Numbered from the stretch's first letter, positions 1 to 10,260 are shown. The stretch: 64,000 nt of DNA from Alphaproteobacteria bacterium (GCA_965205265.1 CBDBGH010000003.1:5312001-5376000); one strand, 5' to 3'. Notes: generated from the sequence alone by a model not told the origin. Made by a program: numbers and translations.

Positions 1-426
1 GCCGAGGCCGCACGATGGGACGGGCTCACCGGCGTCATCACCAATCTGCGCGACGCGCGCGTCACCGAAGTGATGGCTCACTACCAGGGGCTCTGGCAGG
101 TCGAGGAGAGCTTCCGGATCACCAAACACGACCTGAAGATACGTCCCATCTGGCACTGGAACCCGGACCGGATCCGCGCTCACATCGCCATCGCCTTCCT
201 GGCCTTCGCCTGCGTTCGACACCTTGCGTACCGCGTCGCCATCCAGAAGCGGCGGATGTCCCCGGAGGTCATCCGCTCCGCCCTCGTCCACCGCCAGTGC
301 TCCCTGCTGCGCTGTCGGCAATCGGGCAACCGCTACGTCATCCCCTCGAAGCCGACACCGGCGGCGGAGCAGATTTACGCAACCATGGGGCTGCCCCTGA
401 CGATCACCCCGTATCAACTCGCCTGA
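1..426 (+). CDS. IS1634-family DDE transposase, C-terminal part (5' end outside window)
   Basis: WQVEESFRITKHDLKIRPIWH motif; matches the C-terminus of the 551-aa ORFs. Confidence 0.92.
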   Translation, partial: AEAARWDGLTGVITNLRDARVTEVMAHYQGLWQVEESFRITKHDLKIRPIWHWNPDRIRAHIAIAFLAFACVRHLAYRVAIQKRRMSPEVIRSALVHRQCSLLRCRQSGNRYVIPSKPTPAAEQIYATMGLPLTITPYQLA

Positions 427-529
427 CCGTCGACGAAGCACGGCTCGAAGAAATGCCGGATGTAGTGCCTAGCCGAAATGAGAACCAGGCAATATCAACT
501 ACTTATGCGAATCAACCGTCGAAGTCAGG
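1..529 (+). mobile_element. IS1634-family element, right part (copy 1; left part outside window)
   Basis: Same sequence as the 3' part of the copies at 1287-3202 and 21733-23648; ends in the terminal repeat ...CAACCGTCGAAGTCAGG at 529. Confidence 0.93.
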
Positions 530-738
530 ACATGTGCCTGCAGGGAGCCGGCGGTCCCCCCTCTTGCGGCCGGGTCATCGACTGCAGGGCCGCCGCCGAT
601 GAGTTCCCCGAATTCCTTCTCGGCCATGTCCCTCACGGCCGGATCGCACCGAGCCAGGTCGGCAAGAAGGTCGAACTTGTCCCTGGCCGAATTCACGAAA
701 GCCCTCACAGCCGCGCACTCCTTCACGCCCAAGCCCAT
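530..738 (-). pseudogene. small hypothetical gene whose 3' end runs into IS1634 copy 1
   Basis: ORF 499..738 has ordinary protein-like composition and its last codons lie inside the IS end. Confidence 0.35.
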
Positions 739-844
739 CCGGTCCGGCCCACTATCTCACGGATCCCTGAAAACCCGCACGGCTTGCGGGCGCCGGGCCC
801 GGGGATGGTGCCGCGCCAATCGCTGAAGGCGCCAACCGGGTCGA

Positions 845-1286
845 TCAGGGGGCCGGTCCTTCACCGTCCCTGGAAGCCGCATGCCGGCCCAGAAGGGTCG
901 CGAGTTCCGGGCTGCCGGAAAAGGACGCGAGGTCCGCCGGCGTGTTGCCGTCCCTGTCCCTGGCGGAAGGATCGGCCCCGGCGTCCAGCAGCCTCTGGAC
1001 GTGGGCTTCACCGGAAAGCGCCGCCGCGAGATGCAGGGGGCTCCAGCCGTCCTTGTCCCTCGCATTCGGGTCGGCCCCGGCATCGAGCAGGGCCTGCAGC
1101 GCCGCGACCGACCCCCGGGAGGCCGCGACATGCAGCGGCGTGCGCCTGTCCGGACCGCGGACATCCGGATCCGGGCCGGTGCGAAGCAGGACGCCGATGA
1201 CCCGGGCGGCATAACCGCCCGGAGCCCGGGCCGCGGCATGAAGGGGGGTATCCCCGTATCTTGTCGCGGTGGTGGAGGCCACTCCT
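845..1286 (-). pseudogene. C-terminal fragment of the ankyrin-repeat gene split by IS1634 copy 2
   Basis: GWSPLHLAA / GNTPADLA ankyrin motifs. Removing the IS and one 165-bp duplicate joins 4311..3203 to 1121..845 as an in-frame 1386-nt gene. Confidence 0.88.
1122..1286. repeat. 165-bp target-site duplication, left copy (partner 3203-3367)
   Basis: GCCGCGACATGCAG...GGCCACTCCT directly abuts both IS ends in direct orientation. Confidence 0.93.
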
Positions 1287-3202
1287 CCTGACTTCGACGG
1301 TTGATTCGCATAAGTAGTTGATATTGCCTGGTTCTCATTTCGGCTAGGCACTACATCCGGCATTTCTTCGAGCCGTGCTTCGTCGACGGTCAGGCGAGTT
1401 GATACGGGGTGATCGTCAGGGGCAGCCCCATGGTTGCGTAAATCTGCTCCGCCGCCGGTGTCGGCTTCGAGGGGATGACGTAGCGGTTGCCCGATTGCCG
1501 ACAGCGCAGCAGGGAGCACTGGCGGTGGACGAGGGCGGAGCGGATGACCTCCGGGGACATCCGCCGCTTCTGGATGGCGACGCGGTACGCAAGGTGTCGA
1601 ACGCAGGCGAAGGCCAGGAAGGCGATGGCGATGTGAGCGCGGATCCGGTCCGGGTTCCAGTGCCAGATGGGACGTATCTTCAGGTCGTGTTTGGTGATCC
1701 GGAAGCTCTCCTCGACCTGCCAGAGCCCCTGGTAGTGAGCCATCACTTCGGTGACGCGCGCGTCGCGCAGATTGGTGATGACGCCGGTGAGCCCGTCCCA
1801 TCGTGCGGCCTCGGCGATCTTCTCCGGGTTCACCGTGAGCCGTGCGTCGCCCTCGACGGCGATGAAGCGCTTCGCCCCGTGATTGGAGAGCAGTTCCCTG
1901 GGATTGTCGCTGCGGGCCAGCCTGTCGAGCAGGCGTTCCACCTGATGGCGGCGCTCGTGCGCGTCCTTGCGTGCGCGCTGGGGGCAGAAGACGACGATCA
2001 GGCGACGGCCCTTGTACTCCCACTCGCCGACCCGGCGGTCCTGTGAGCCCTCCAGCGGGGCATAGGTCCCGGGGTCGAGAACCTGCCCCAGCAGCGCGAG
2101 CGGCAGCTTGCGCAGCCGCGCGCCGACGACATACTCGCCGCCGATGGCGTCCATGGCGTCGAGGTTGTCGGCGCTCAGCATGCCCCGGTCGGCCACGCAT
2201 ACCGTGCGCTCCACCTGGTGGCGGCGCTGCATGTCCTGCAGGACCGGGACCATGCTGTGTCCCTCGTAGGTGGCGCCGGGGAAGACCTCGTAGCTGATCG
2301 GCAGCCCTTCGCGCGTCACCATCAGCGCCAGCAGAACCTGCGAGTCCTTGTGTTTGCCGTCCTTGCTGAAGCCGTGCTGGCGAAGCTCGTCCTCGGCGGC
2401 CGTCTCGAAGTAGAGCGTGGTGCAATCGAAGAAGAGGATCGCGACCGGCTCCGGCAGCAGCGACCGGCTCGCCTCGCCGACGCGCGTGCGCAGTCGCTCG
2501 ATCACCGTCGCGTCGAGCTGATCCATCATCCGGTAGACCTTCTCGAGCGGAAGACTCACGCCGAAGTCCTCCTCGAGCCGGCGCACGCTGCCCCGCTTGC
2601 TGTCGGGGTTGGCTACCCGCGCCATCACCACATGGAACAGCGCGTCATGGGAGGCCCGGTAGCGCGAGCGCGGCAGCAGCGCGTCGAGGCCCAGCAGCCG
2701 GTAGATCTCGCCATAGACCTCGTGGATGCCTGTGATCAGGCGCTGCTCCTCTTCAAGCTGCTTGAGGTCGACCGGGAGTTCCTCCTTGCCGTCCCCCCGG
2801 CGGCCGACACGGATCGCCTGCTCAGCGATCTTCTCGGGCGCAAACAATGCCGGCTGACGCTCGTCCTCCAGCTTCGCCTTGACGTACTCGCCGAGCTGCC
2901 TCAGGCGCTCGAGCTCGTCCTCGTCCATGGCCACGCCGACATGGCGGACGATGCGCTGTCGGACCTTGCCGCCGTCGCGCACGGCCTCGACGATCTGGAC
3001 CGAGCGTCGCGGGCTGTTGGGGGAGGTCTTGATGCGCACGAACATGGGGGGAGTGTAGCGCGTGGCGGAGGCATTGACAGTCTCAAAGATTTACTAGGCA
3101 CTACAACGCAGCTTGACCGCACCGCAACTGCCAACTCATTGGCTTTACTGAAAACTCCAGACGCGAGATCGGTCAGAAGTCAGCCCAACCGTCGAAGTCA
3201 GG
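1287..3202 (-). mobile_element. IS1634-family insertion sequence, 1916 bp (copy 2)
   Basis: 17-bp terminal inverted repeats CCTGACTTCGACGGTTG; single transposase; long flanking direct repeat. Confidence 0.95.
1390..3045 (-). CDS. IS1634-family DDE transposase (551 aa)
   Basis: LFFDCTTLYFE, GFSKDGK, CVADRGM, WQVEESFR motifs. Confidence 0.95.
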   Translation of the reverse strand: MFVRIKTSPNSPRRSVQIVEAVRDGGKVRQRIVRHVGVAMDEDELERLRQLGEYVKAKLEDERQPALFAPEKIAEQAIRVGRRGDGKEELPVDLKQLEEEQRLITGIHEVYGEIYRLLGLDALLPRSRYRASHDALFHVVMARVANPDSKRGSVRRLEEDFGVSLPLEKVYRMMDQLDATVIERLRTRVGEASRSLLPEPVAILFFDCTTLYFETAAEDELRQHGFSKDGKHKDSQVLLALMVTREGLPISYEVFPGATYEGHSMVPVLQDMQRRHQVERTVCVADRGMLSADNLDAMDAIGGEYVVGARLRKLPLALLGQVLDPGTYAPLEGSQDRRVGEWEYKGRRLIVVFCPQRARKDAHERRHQVERLLDRLARSDNPRELLSNHGAKRFIAVEGDARLTVNPEKIAEAARWDGLTGVITNLRDARVTEVMAHYQGLWQVEESFRITKHDLKIRPIWHWNPDRIRAHIAIAFLAFACVRHLAYRVAIQKRRMSPEVIRSALVHRQCSLLRCRQSGNRYVIPSKPTPAAEQIYATMGLPLTITPYQLA

Positions 3203-3367
3203 GCCGCGACATGCAGCGGCGTGCGCCTGTCCGGACCGCGGACATCCGGATCCGGGCCGGTGCGAAGCAGGACGCCGATGACCCGGGCGGCATAACCGCC
3301 CGGAGCCCGGGCCGCGGCATGAAGGGGGGTATCCCCGTATCTTGTCGCGGTGGTGGAGGCCACTCCT
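3203..3367. repeat. 165-bp target-site duplication, right copy
   Basis: Matches 1122-1286. Confidence 0.93.
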
Positions 3368-4311
3368 GTCTCGAGCAGCATTCCGACGGCCGCCTCGCTG
3401 CCTCTGACCGCCGCCATGAAAAGCGCCGTACGCCCATCGCGGTCACGGGCTGCGGGATCCGCCCCGGCGTCGAGCAGAAGCCGCATTGTGCGGATATTGG
3501 ACCCCGCCGCATCGGTGCCGTCGGCGGCCCGATGCAGCGGCGTGCGTCCGTGATCGTCGGTGTCGCCTGTCGCGCCGCCGGCGTCGATCCACTGACGGAC
3601 GTCGTGCGGCGCCGCAATCTCGAACAGCGGCGCCATGCGGGCCAGCAGCAGCCGGACCGTCTCCGGCCCGCCATGTTTCCGGGCGAAGTCCAACGGAGTC
3701 CAGCCACACTCGTTTTCCATGAAGGGGTCGGCGCCCGCTTCCAGCAACAGGCTGACCATCCTCGTCTCGTTTTCACGGCCCATGGCGTCGTGAAGCGGGG
3801 TCGCCCCGCCATTCGTTCTGGCGTCCGGCCCGGCTCCGGTTTCGAGCAGGGCGCGCACCATGCCGGGAGATCCCGTCAGGACGGCGAAATGGAGCGCGGT
3901 CTCGCCGAACGCGTTGACCGCATCGGCATGCGCCCCGCCGGCAACCAGGGCGCGCACGGTTTCCGCCGCCTGGGAAGACTCGGGAGATCCCTGGGTGACG
4001 GCTTCATGCAGGGCCGTGTGGCCGCTCGCGAGCCGAAGGTCCGGGTCGGCGCCGGCCTTGAGCAGCATCGCAATGATGTCGGCCCGGCCATAAGCCGCCG
4101 CCCTGTGCAACGGAGCATAGGAAAGCCAGTTGGCGATGCCGGGATCGGCCCCGGCATCGAGCAGCGCCTGGATGACCTCCCTGCCGCTGCCATACTCGAC
4201 CGCCCGAAGGAGCGGCGTGGACCGCTCGCCATCGGTTTCGTTCACATCGGTTGTGCCGGCAATCCATGCACGGATCTCGTCGACCGCCGCTTTCGCGAAA
4301 TCGGGTTGCAT
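3203..4311 (-). pseudogene. ankyrin-repeat protein, N-terminal part, truncated by IS1634 (ORF reads into the IS and stops at 3145)
   Basis: Many G-x-T-[PA]-L-H-x-A...LL-x-AGAD-P repeats. Confidence 0.9.
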
Positions 4312-4325
4312 GGTTCCGGAGACCC

Positions 4326-5579
4326 CTATGCCGCCGGTTCCGGCAGCCCGCGACCGACCGCTTCGGCAAGCAGTCCGGCGGCCTCCTCGCGTCCCTCATG
4401 CCGGGCCATGTCGGCAGGCGTGTCCCCGAACTCGTTCCGGGCTCCGGGATCGGCCCCGGCCTCGAGCAGCACACGGACATGCTCCGTCGTGCCTGCGGAC
4501 GCCGCGAGGTGAAGCGGGGTTACCTGCTGTGCGCCGGCGGCGTTCGGGTCCGCGCCGGCGGCCACAAGCGCTCTCGCGACCTCCGGATTGGCGTTGTTGG
4601 CAGCGTGATGCAGCGGAGTCGTGCCGTATCGGTCGGCGGCGTTGCATGACGCGCCGGCTTCCAGGAGAAATTCCACAATATCGACACGGTCGTACGTGGC
4701 CGCGAGATGCAGGGGCGTCTCGCCGCCACCCTTCTCCCGGGCCGCCGCATCGGCGCCGGCCTCGGCAAGGATCCTGGCGCACTCGAGATCCGCCCTCCAG
4801 GCGGCCGCCAGATGCAGGGCGCCGCAGCCTGTTTCGGTGACGGCGGCGGCGTCCGCCCCTGCATCGAGCAGCAGGCGGAGGGCGGCGGGGCTGCGCGCCT
4901 GGCTGGCGAAAAGCAGCGGCGTCATGCCACCGCGGTTCCTCGCGTGTATATCGGCCCCGGCTTCCAGGAGGAGTTCCATTGCAGGCACGTTCCCGCCATC
5001 CGCCGCCAGATGCAGGGGCGTGGCTCCCATGATGTCCCGGGACAGGGGAGAGCCGCCCCGGGACAGCCAGTCCCGCAGCGCGTCCCGGGAGACCGAGCCG
5101 AATGCCAGCCAGCCGGGTTCGCCGCTGCCCCGACCGGCCCTCCGGGAATGACGGGAAGTGAGCGTCGCGACGCGGTCCGCCAGACCGGAAACCTCCTCGA
5201 AGCGGCGCCCGGGAGCATCGTCCCAGTCGATGATGGCGTTGAGCCAGCCTTCGGGTCCGCCGGCATGGGGAAGCCGGAGCTCCCCGCAATAGATCTCGCA
5301 GACCCTGTCGGCGAAGGCTCCGCTATCCCAGAGCGCGATACCGAGCTTCTCCGCGCACTGCATCCTGATGCCGCCGCCCAGGGACCAGCATGCGGGGTCG
5401 CCCGTCCCGGGACCGGGCGGGTCGTCGATCGAGAAGATGTCGAGCGCCTCTCCCCTGTCGTTCCGCGCCCAGGCGCGCTGGGTCCAGTCGGATGGCTCCC
5501 GGAACATCGCCGCGACCGCTGCGGCGATCTCAGCCTGGACATCCGGTCGTTGGATCAGTTCCGCGGGGGTCGGGGGCAT
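4326..5579 (-). CDS. ankyrin-repeat protein with an N-terminal DUF6197-like domain (~417 aa)
   Basis: ATG at 5579 preceded by GAGGA; about six ankyrin repeats; N-terminal WTQ..ARN..CWSL.GGI..DWDDAPGR motif. Confidence 0.88.
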   Translation of the reverse strand: MPPTPAELIQRPDVQAEIAAAVAAMFREPSDWTQRAWARNDRGEALDIFSIDDPPGPGTGDPACWSLGGGIRMQCAEKLGIALWDSGAFADRVCEIYCGELRLPHAGGPEGWLNAIIDWDDAPGRRFEEVSGLADRVATLTSRHSRRAGRGSGEPGWLAFGSVSRDALRDWLSRGGSPLSRDIMGATPLHLAADGGNVPAMELLLEAGADIHARNRGGMTPLLFASQARSPAALRLLLDAGADAAAVTETGCGALHLAAAWRADLECARILAEAGADAAAREKGGGETPLHLAATYDRVDIVEFLLEAGASCNAADRYGTTPLHHAANNANPEVARALVAAGADPNAAGAQQVTPLHLAASAGTTEHVRVLLEAGADPGARNEFGDTPADMARHEGREEAAGLLAEAVGRGLPEPAA

Positions 5580-6488
5580 GATGTGTCCTCTTGCAGAAGC
5601 GGCGGGGTCCGGGACCGGCAGCATAGCCGGAGCCGCTGAAAACTCGATGCGTCGGGACTTGCCCGCCGACGGTTTCCCCGGCAGGATCGGACCGTGCCGG
5701 CAACAACCGGCGTCGCTGTTTGCCACGGTCGCGAGCAAGACAAGGCTCTCCGGATCGCAGGAACCCGGAGCAAGAGAGATACTCGTCCCGAGCGACGAGC
5801 CCTGGGCCCGGCCAGGGAACTTACCGGGCAACAACACCGCACCGCACCAAATCGCCCATCATTGAAGGTCGTTGGCTGCAGAGAAGAGCCACAGGACGTT
5901 GTCGGTCAGAGCGGGCCAATGCCCGCTCCGCATATTGAAGGGCAATCAATGAAGGTCCGCACCGGTGCCCGGCAAACATCCAGGCCCGCCCCGCCTTGGA
6001 GAGGCCTCCGGCTCCACTTGGATTTCCGCGCTCGGGACTGCCCTCGCAGCGCGGGGGCGCCACGGCCGACTGCGGCGGTCCGAGCTGAAGTCGTTAAGGG
6101 CGCAGCGTGAAAATCCCCTTCAATGTGCAGGCGGCTGAACCGCCGCCCGGACCGGGCGGGATGGCATAGGTGCCCGATTGCTCGCAGTGCGCCGTGAGCC
6201 GGACGCCATCGATCAATGAGCTGGAACGGCGCGGCGCCGCTCCGTGAATTCGCCGGCGCTGCCCGGACACCGGCACTGTCTCTCGCCAACCTGTCACACA
6301 GCACGGGAGCCCAGGCTCCGTGCAACGCATGTTGCCCGGTATAGGTGTCGGCTTCAACCGCTTGGCAAAGGTTCCTCCAACAACTCCGGAAAGCCGGCCC
6401 GGAGACCGGTGTCCCGTGCCGTGTCCGGTTGCATCGGGGGGTGTCACGTCCGAGTGGCTGCCCGCTAAGCGGGTCGGGCCTTCCAGGT

Positions 6489-7055
6489 TCACGCCAGACC
6501 GAGGGCCGACCCGAGGATCACGGTTATGAAGAAACCGGTTGCCGCGACGGCAATGGCGGCGCAGATCTGCCAGCGGGGCACGGGCCTGTCCGGCCGGGCC
6601 CGGAGGGCGCTGACGCAGGCGGCGGCCGGCGCGATCAGCGCCGGAAACGCGATCCCGAAGCTCAGCCAGGCGACGGCGGTCCCGATCACGGTCCCGGCCG
6701 AAGCCGCGCACCAGGCATTGTCGAGACCGCAAGCCGAGCCCGGCTGCGGAACCGCGAGGCTGCCGCCACCGGCAAGGGCGGACGCAAGGAACCCGACCAC
6801 GGTCGCCGGTCCGACCACGGCCACGCCGTGAGCCCAGAACTCGGGAGAGCGTCCGTCGCCGCGCCACCAGACAGCGGCCCCCAGTACGACGGCGGCAATC
6901 CACGGCGTGGCGACCGCAATGCCGAGCGCGACCATGACATTCCCGCCGATCCCGAAAGCGCCGAAGGTGCCTCCCGCGACCAGGGTCGCGGTGGCCATCG
7001 CCGAAAGTCCGGCAGTTGTTCCGAGCACAATCTGGATTACGGTCCGCAGGGCCAT
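6489..7055 (-). CDS. hypothetical membrane protein (about five hydrophobic segments)
   Basis: 188-aa ORF with several 20-aa hydrophobic stretches. Confidence 0.6.
   Translation of the reverse strand: MALRTVIQIVLGTTAGLSAMATATLVAGGTFGAFGIGGNVMVALGIAVATPWIAAVVLGAAVWWRGDGRSPEFWAHGVAVVGPATVVGFLASALAGGGSLAVPQPGSACGLDNAWCAASAGTVIGTAVAWLSFGIAFPALIAPAAACVSALRARPDRPVPRWQICAAIAVAATGFFITVILGSALGLA
6568..6620. repeat. 53-bp perfect inverted repeat, arm 1 (arm 2 at 7234-7286)
   Basis: TGCCAGCGGGGCACGGG...GCTGACGCAGGC is the exact reverse complement of 7234-7286. Confidence 0.88.
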
Positions 7056-7233
7056 GATCTACATGCCGCTTACAAGGACCACAGCAATAAGCCGTTGTCC
7101 AGAACGAGAAAGCCGAAGCCCTTCGCGTGCTCGTATCATTTGACCGCTGCCGCAATGCGCTTGCCCACACCGCGTCCCGATGTCGGATATGCCTTGCTGA
7201 ACCATTATTTCATTCTGACGGCAACCGTCCACT

Positions 7234-7286
7234 GCCTGCGTCAGCGCCCTCCGGGCCCGGCCGGACAGGCCCGTGCCCCGCTGGCA
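7234..7286. repeat. 53-bp perfect inverted repeat, arm 2
   Basis: GC-rich block embedded in lower-GC intergenic DNA. Confidence 0.88.
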
Positions 7287-7457
7287 ATTTGGCCCCAATC
7301 CGCTTGCTTATGCAAGCGGATTGTGCTAGTCTCCAGACTGGAGCCTCGGTTCTGGAATCGCCGCAACACGACAGTTGATCGCCGATGCGCAGCTGCGCGG
7401 CGGGGATGTCCCGGTTAAGCATTTCCACGAACCAATCCTCAGGACAGGACATGTTAC

Positions 7458-7860
7458 ATGGTTGAGAGCCGCTTCATTCACCCGATGCGCTATATGCGGA
7501 CACGACCCTTCGCTCGTCGCGCTGTTCAGACTTACGGTCGTATGTCCGGGAGAAAAATGCCCTCCCCCGAGACATTGGAGGCTATCACAACCTTGATTAC
7601 GGATGCGTACAATAGCGCGTTGCACTCTGTCGCCCGAGGTCAACGACCGCTTCGTCCTACCGGCATGATTTCCGAGGAAATCAGTCTCGCGTGTCATGTC
7701 GGCGCCTTCACTGCACATGGAAGAAACATCTTCCTGCTCTCCACCGACCTTGTGGACATGCTGGATCGAACAGATCTCGCAGGCGTTCGTGCTGCCGATT
7801 TAAAACTGCCTTATCCAGTAGTGCATATCTCGTTTGGAAATGCCTTCGCCGTGTCCCTGC
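7458..7860 (+). pseudogene. 5' fragment of a lower-GC hypothetical gene, broken off at the ankyrin fragment
   Basis: First ~130 aa look like real protein (GRNIFLLSTDLVDMLDRTDL..LKLPYPVVHISFG); the rest of ORF 7458..8405 is an off-frame read of ankyrin DNA. Confidence 0.55.
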
Positions 7861-8523
7861 CGGCTCCTGGATGCCGGCGCCAATCCCGCGTCCACGAACG
7901 GCTGGGGCCGGACGACACCTGTGTATGCCGCGGCCTTCTTTTCCGGAAATCCGGACATATTGCGGGTCCTTCTGGCGGCCGGGGGCCCGCACGACGCGAC
8001 CGACCGAAACGGGGAGACGCCGCTGCACGGGGCCGCCGCGGTCGGCAATATCGCCGCGATCCGGACTTTGCTCGATGCAGGGGCGGACGTCCATGCACGG
8101 GACCTCAGAGGACAGACGCCCCTTCACCATGCGGCCTATATTTCCTGGGAGGCCATGCAATTCCTGCTCTCGGCCGGGGCCGACCCGGAGGCGCGGGACG
8201 CGTTCGGGCGGACCGCCCTGTTTCCCGCAATGATGAACGCCTCGCCCGACCGGGTGCGGACGCTGCTCGAGGCCGGCGGCGACCCCGGTGTCCGCGACCA
8301 TGGCGGAAACACGCCGCTTCACTGGGCCGCCAGGTCCCGCGGTCCCTTCGCCCCGGCACGTCTTCTTCTCGCGGTCGGGGCGGACCCGCACGCCAGGAAC
8401 GATGAGGGGGCCACGGCTCTCGATGTAGCCCTGTCCCACGGAACGCAGGGACCTGTGGCGGACCTCCTGCTGTCACTCGGCCCCGCTCCGGACAGCCGGA
8501 CCCACGATGGCCCCAAGCCCTGA
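7834..8523 (+). pseudogene. ankyrin-repeat protein, probably 5'-truncated
   Basis: About six ankyrin repeats; ankyrin sequence starts mid-repeat (RLLDAGANP) at ~7860 with no convincing start. Confidence 0.8.
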
Positions 8524-8553
8524 GGACCGGCGGGAGCAATATGCTCCCGGCGC

Positions 8554-8870
8554 ATGCAGATTCCGGACACGGCATTATCCCTGCCGCGCCCTGCCGCGCT
8601 AGATATCGCGTTCCGCAACGAAGGCGCCGTCATGCTCGGGAAGGGCCGGATGGCTTGGGGGGAGAGCGCGTCAACCGAAACCGGAGGCACAGAGGCACAT
8701 CGCGGCCCATTGCTCCCGATAACTATTGAAATCGGGAGCAACCCCCGGACCGCCCCGCCTCGGGAAGAGCCGGAGGCCCGGTCAATGCTTCTTCAGGTCC
8801 CGACCGCCCTGGTGGAAGAATCGGCAGAAGGATATGTCGCCGGGGATTTCCCGGACTGCCTCCAGCGAAT
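8554..8870 (+). pseudogene. hypothetical gene interrupted by the end of the integrase element
   Basis: ORF 8554..8907 crosses the 19-bp end motif and stops just inside the element. Confidence 0.4.
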
Positions 8871-8889
8871 TGCGTCGGGTGTGAGAACC
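8871..8889 (+). repeat. 19-bp att/end motif TGCGTCGGGTGTGAGAACC (copy 1)
   Basis: Exact copies at 39415-39433 (-) and 46366-46384 (+); marks the start of identity between the two type-A integrase modules. Confidence 0.85.
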
Positions 8890-9108
8890 ACGCGCCGAAG
8901 GGCGTAGAAATCATCACTCCGCCCCCGCATCCGCGAAGCGCCGCAAGGCCAGTTCTGACAATGGCTTGCAGCCCGCGCGGCGTTTGAGTGCGGCACTTCC
9001 GGCCCTTCCGATCTTCGAACCCGACGCCGTTCCCCGGCGTGTCCTGGTCTCCTGGGTGTTCCCCAACGGGGGCTCCTGCGACCGGCAGACAAGGGAAGGG
9101 GTCGGAAG

Positions 9109-10260
9109 ATGCCGAACGGAACGAAGAGGACGAAGATCACCGAGGCGCGGGCGCGCGCCTTCGCTGCTGCGGACGGGCGCGAGGCCGTGCTGTGGGACAG
9201 CGCCGCGCCGGGCCTCGGCCTGCGGGTGCGGGCGAAAGGGCGCAAGACATGGATCGTGCACCGGCGCGCGGGCGGCTCCGTCGTCAGGCGGACGCTCGGC
9301 GCGCTCGACGAACTGACGGTCGAGGATGCGCGGCACGCGGCGCGAGCGCTGCTCGCCGATGCGGAGACGGGCGGCGCACCGGCGACGGTGCCGACGGTGC
9401 GGACGTTCGCGCCGGCGTTCCTCGCCGACTGCGCCGAACGCTGGAAGCCGGCGACGCGGCGCGCGCACGCGGACGGCATGAACCGCTTCATCCTGCCCGT
9501 GTTTGGCGGTCGGCGCGTCGATTCGATCGGCGCGAAAGATGTGCACAACTGGTTCGACGATCTGTCGGCCAGGCGGGCGGGATCGGCGAACCGGGCGCTG
9601 GCGGTGCTGTCGTCGATGATGAAGCACGCGGAGGCGCTCGGCCTGCGGCGCGAGGACTCCAACCCGTGCAAGGGGCTGCGGCGGCGCAGGACCGGCTTCG
9701 AGGCGCACTACCTGACGGACGACGAGTTCGCCGCGCTTGGGCGGGCGCTCGACGGCGCGGAAGCGGAATGGCCGGTCGCCGTCGCCGCGCTGCGCTTCCT
9801 GCTCCATACCGGCGCGCGCAAGTCCGAGGCTCTGCGGCTCAGGTGGGAGCATGTCCACGGCGACCGTGTTGTGTTGCCCGACAGCAAGACCGGTCCGCGC
9901 ACGATCCGGCTCGCATCGCCCGCCCGCGCCGTGCTCGCGGCGCAACCCCGGCGCGACGACTGCCCGTGGGTGTTCGCGTCTCCCTGCGGCGGCCCTGCGA
10001 CGGTGGACAGGGCATGGAACGCGGTCCGCGCGGCGGCGGGTCTGCCGACGCTGCGCATTCACGATCTCCGCCACAGCTATGCGGCGGTCGCGGTCGGCGG
10101 CGGCGAGGGCCTGCGCATCGTCGCCGGGCTGCTCGGCCATGCCGACATCCAGACCACCTTCGGCTATGCGCACCTTGCCGAGGGCTCCGTGTTCGAGGCC
10201 GCGAACCGGGTCTCGCGCGGCCTTGCCGCCATGCTCGACGGCGGGGAGGCGGACCGATGA
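9109..10260 (+). CDS. tyrosine integrase A1 with N-terminal arm-binding domain
   Basis: TGARKSE, DSKTG, HDLRHS, LGH, TTFGYAH: full R-K-H-R-H-Y set. Confidence 0.95.
   Translation: MPNGTKRTKITEARARAFAAADGREAVLWDSAAPGLGLRVRAKGRKTWIVHRRAGGSVVRRTLGALDELTVEDARHAARALLADAETGGAPATVPTVRTFAPAFLADCAERWKPATRRAHADGMNRFILPVFGGRRVDSIGAKDVHNWFDDLSARRAGSANRALAVLSSMMKHAEALGLRREDSNPCKGLRRRRTGFEAHYLTDDEFAALGRALDGAEAEWPVAVAALRFLLHTGARKSEALRLRWEHVHGDRVVLPDSKTGPRTIRLASPARAVLAAQPRRDDCPWVFASPCGGPATVDRAWNAVRAAAGLPTLRIHDLRHSYAAVAVGGGEGLRIVAGLLGHADIQTTFGYAHLAEGSVFEAANRVSRGLAAMLDGGEADR

Noticed and set aside
845-2425. 526-aa transposase-ankyrin fusion ORF
   Set aside because: Off-frame read through the IS that happens to join the ankyrin 3' fragment; no credible start
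5930-6128. 12/13-bp inverted repeat GCA(T/C)ATTGAAGGG around ~200 bp as a MITE
   Set aside because: Single occurrence, short, no target duplication; could be chance or an operator
6568-7286. DGR template/variable repeat pair
   Set aside because: Copies are identical with no adenine-specific mismatches, and there is no reverse transcriptase in the window
8871-8889. 19-mer as a tRNA/tmRNA fragment or dif site
   Set aside because: No cloverleaf or CCA context and no XerC/XerD arm consensus
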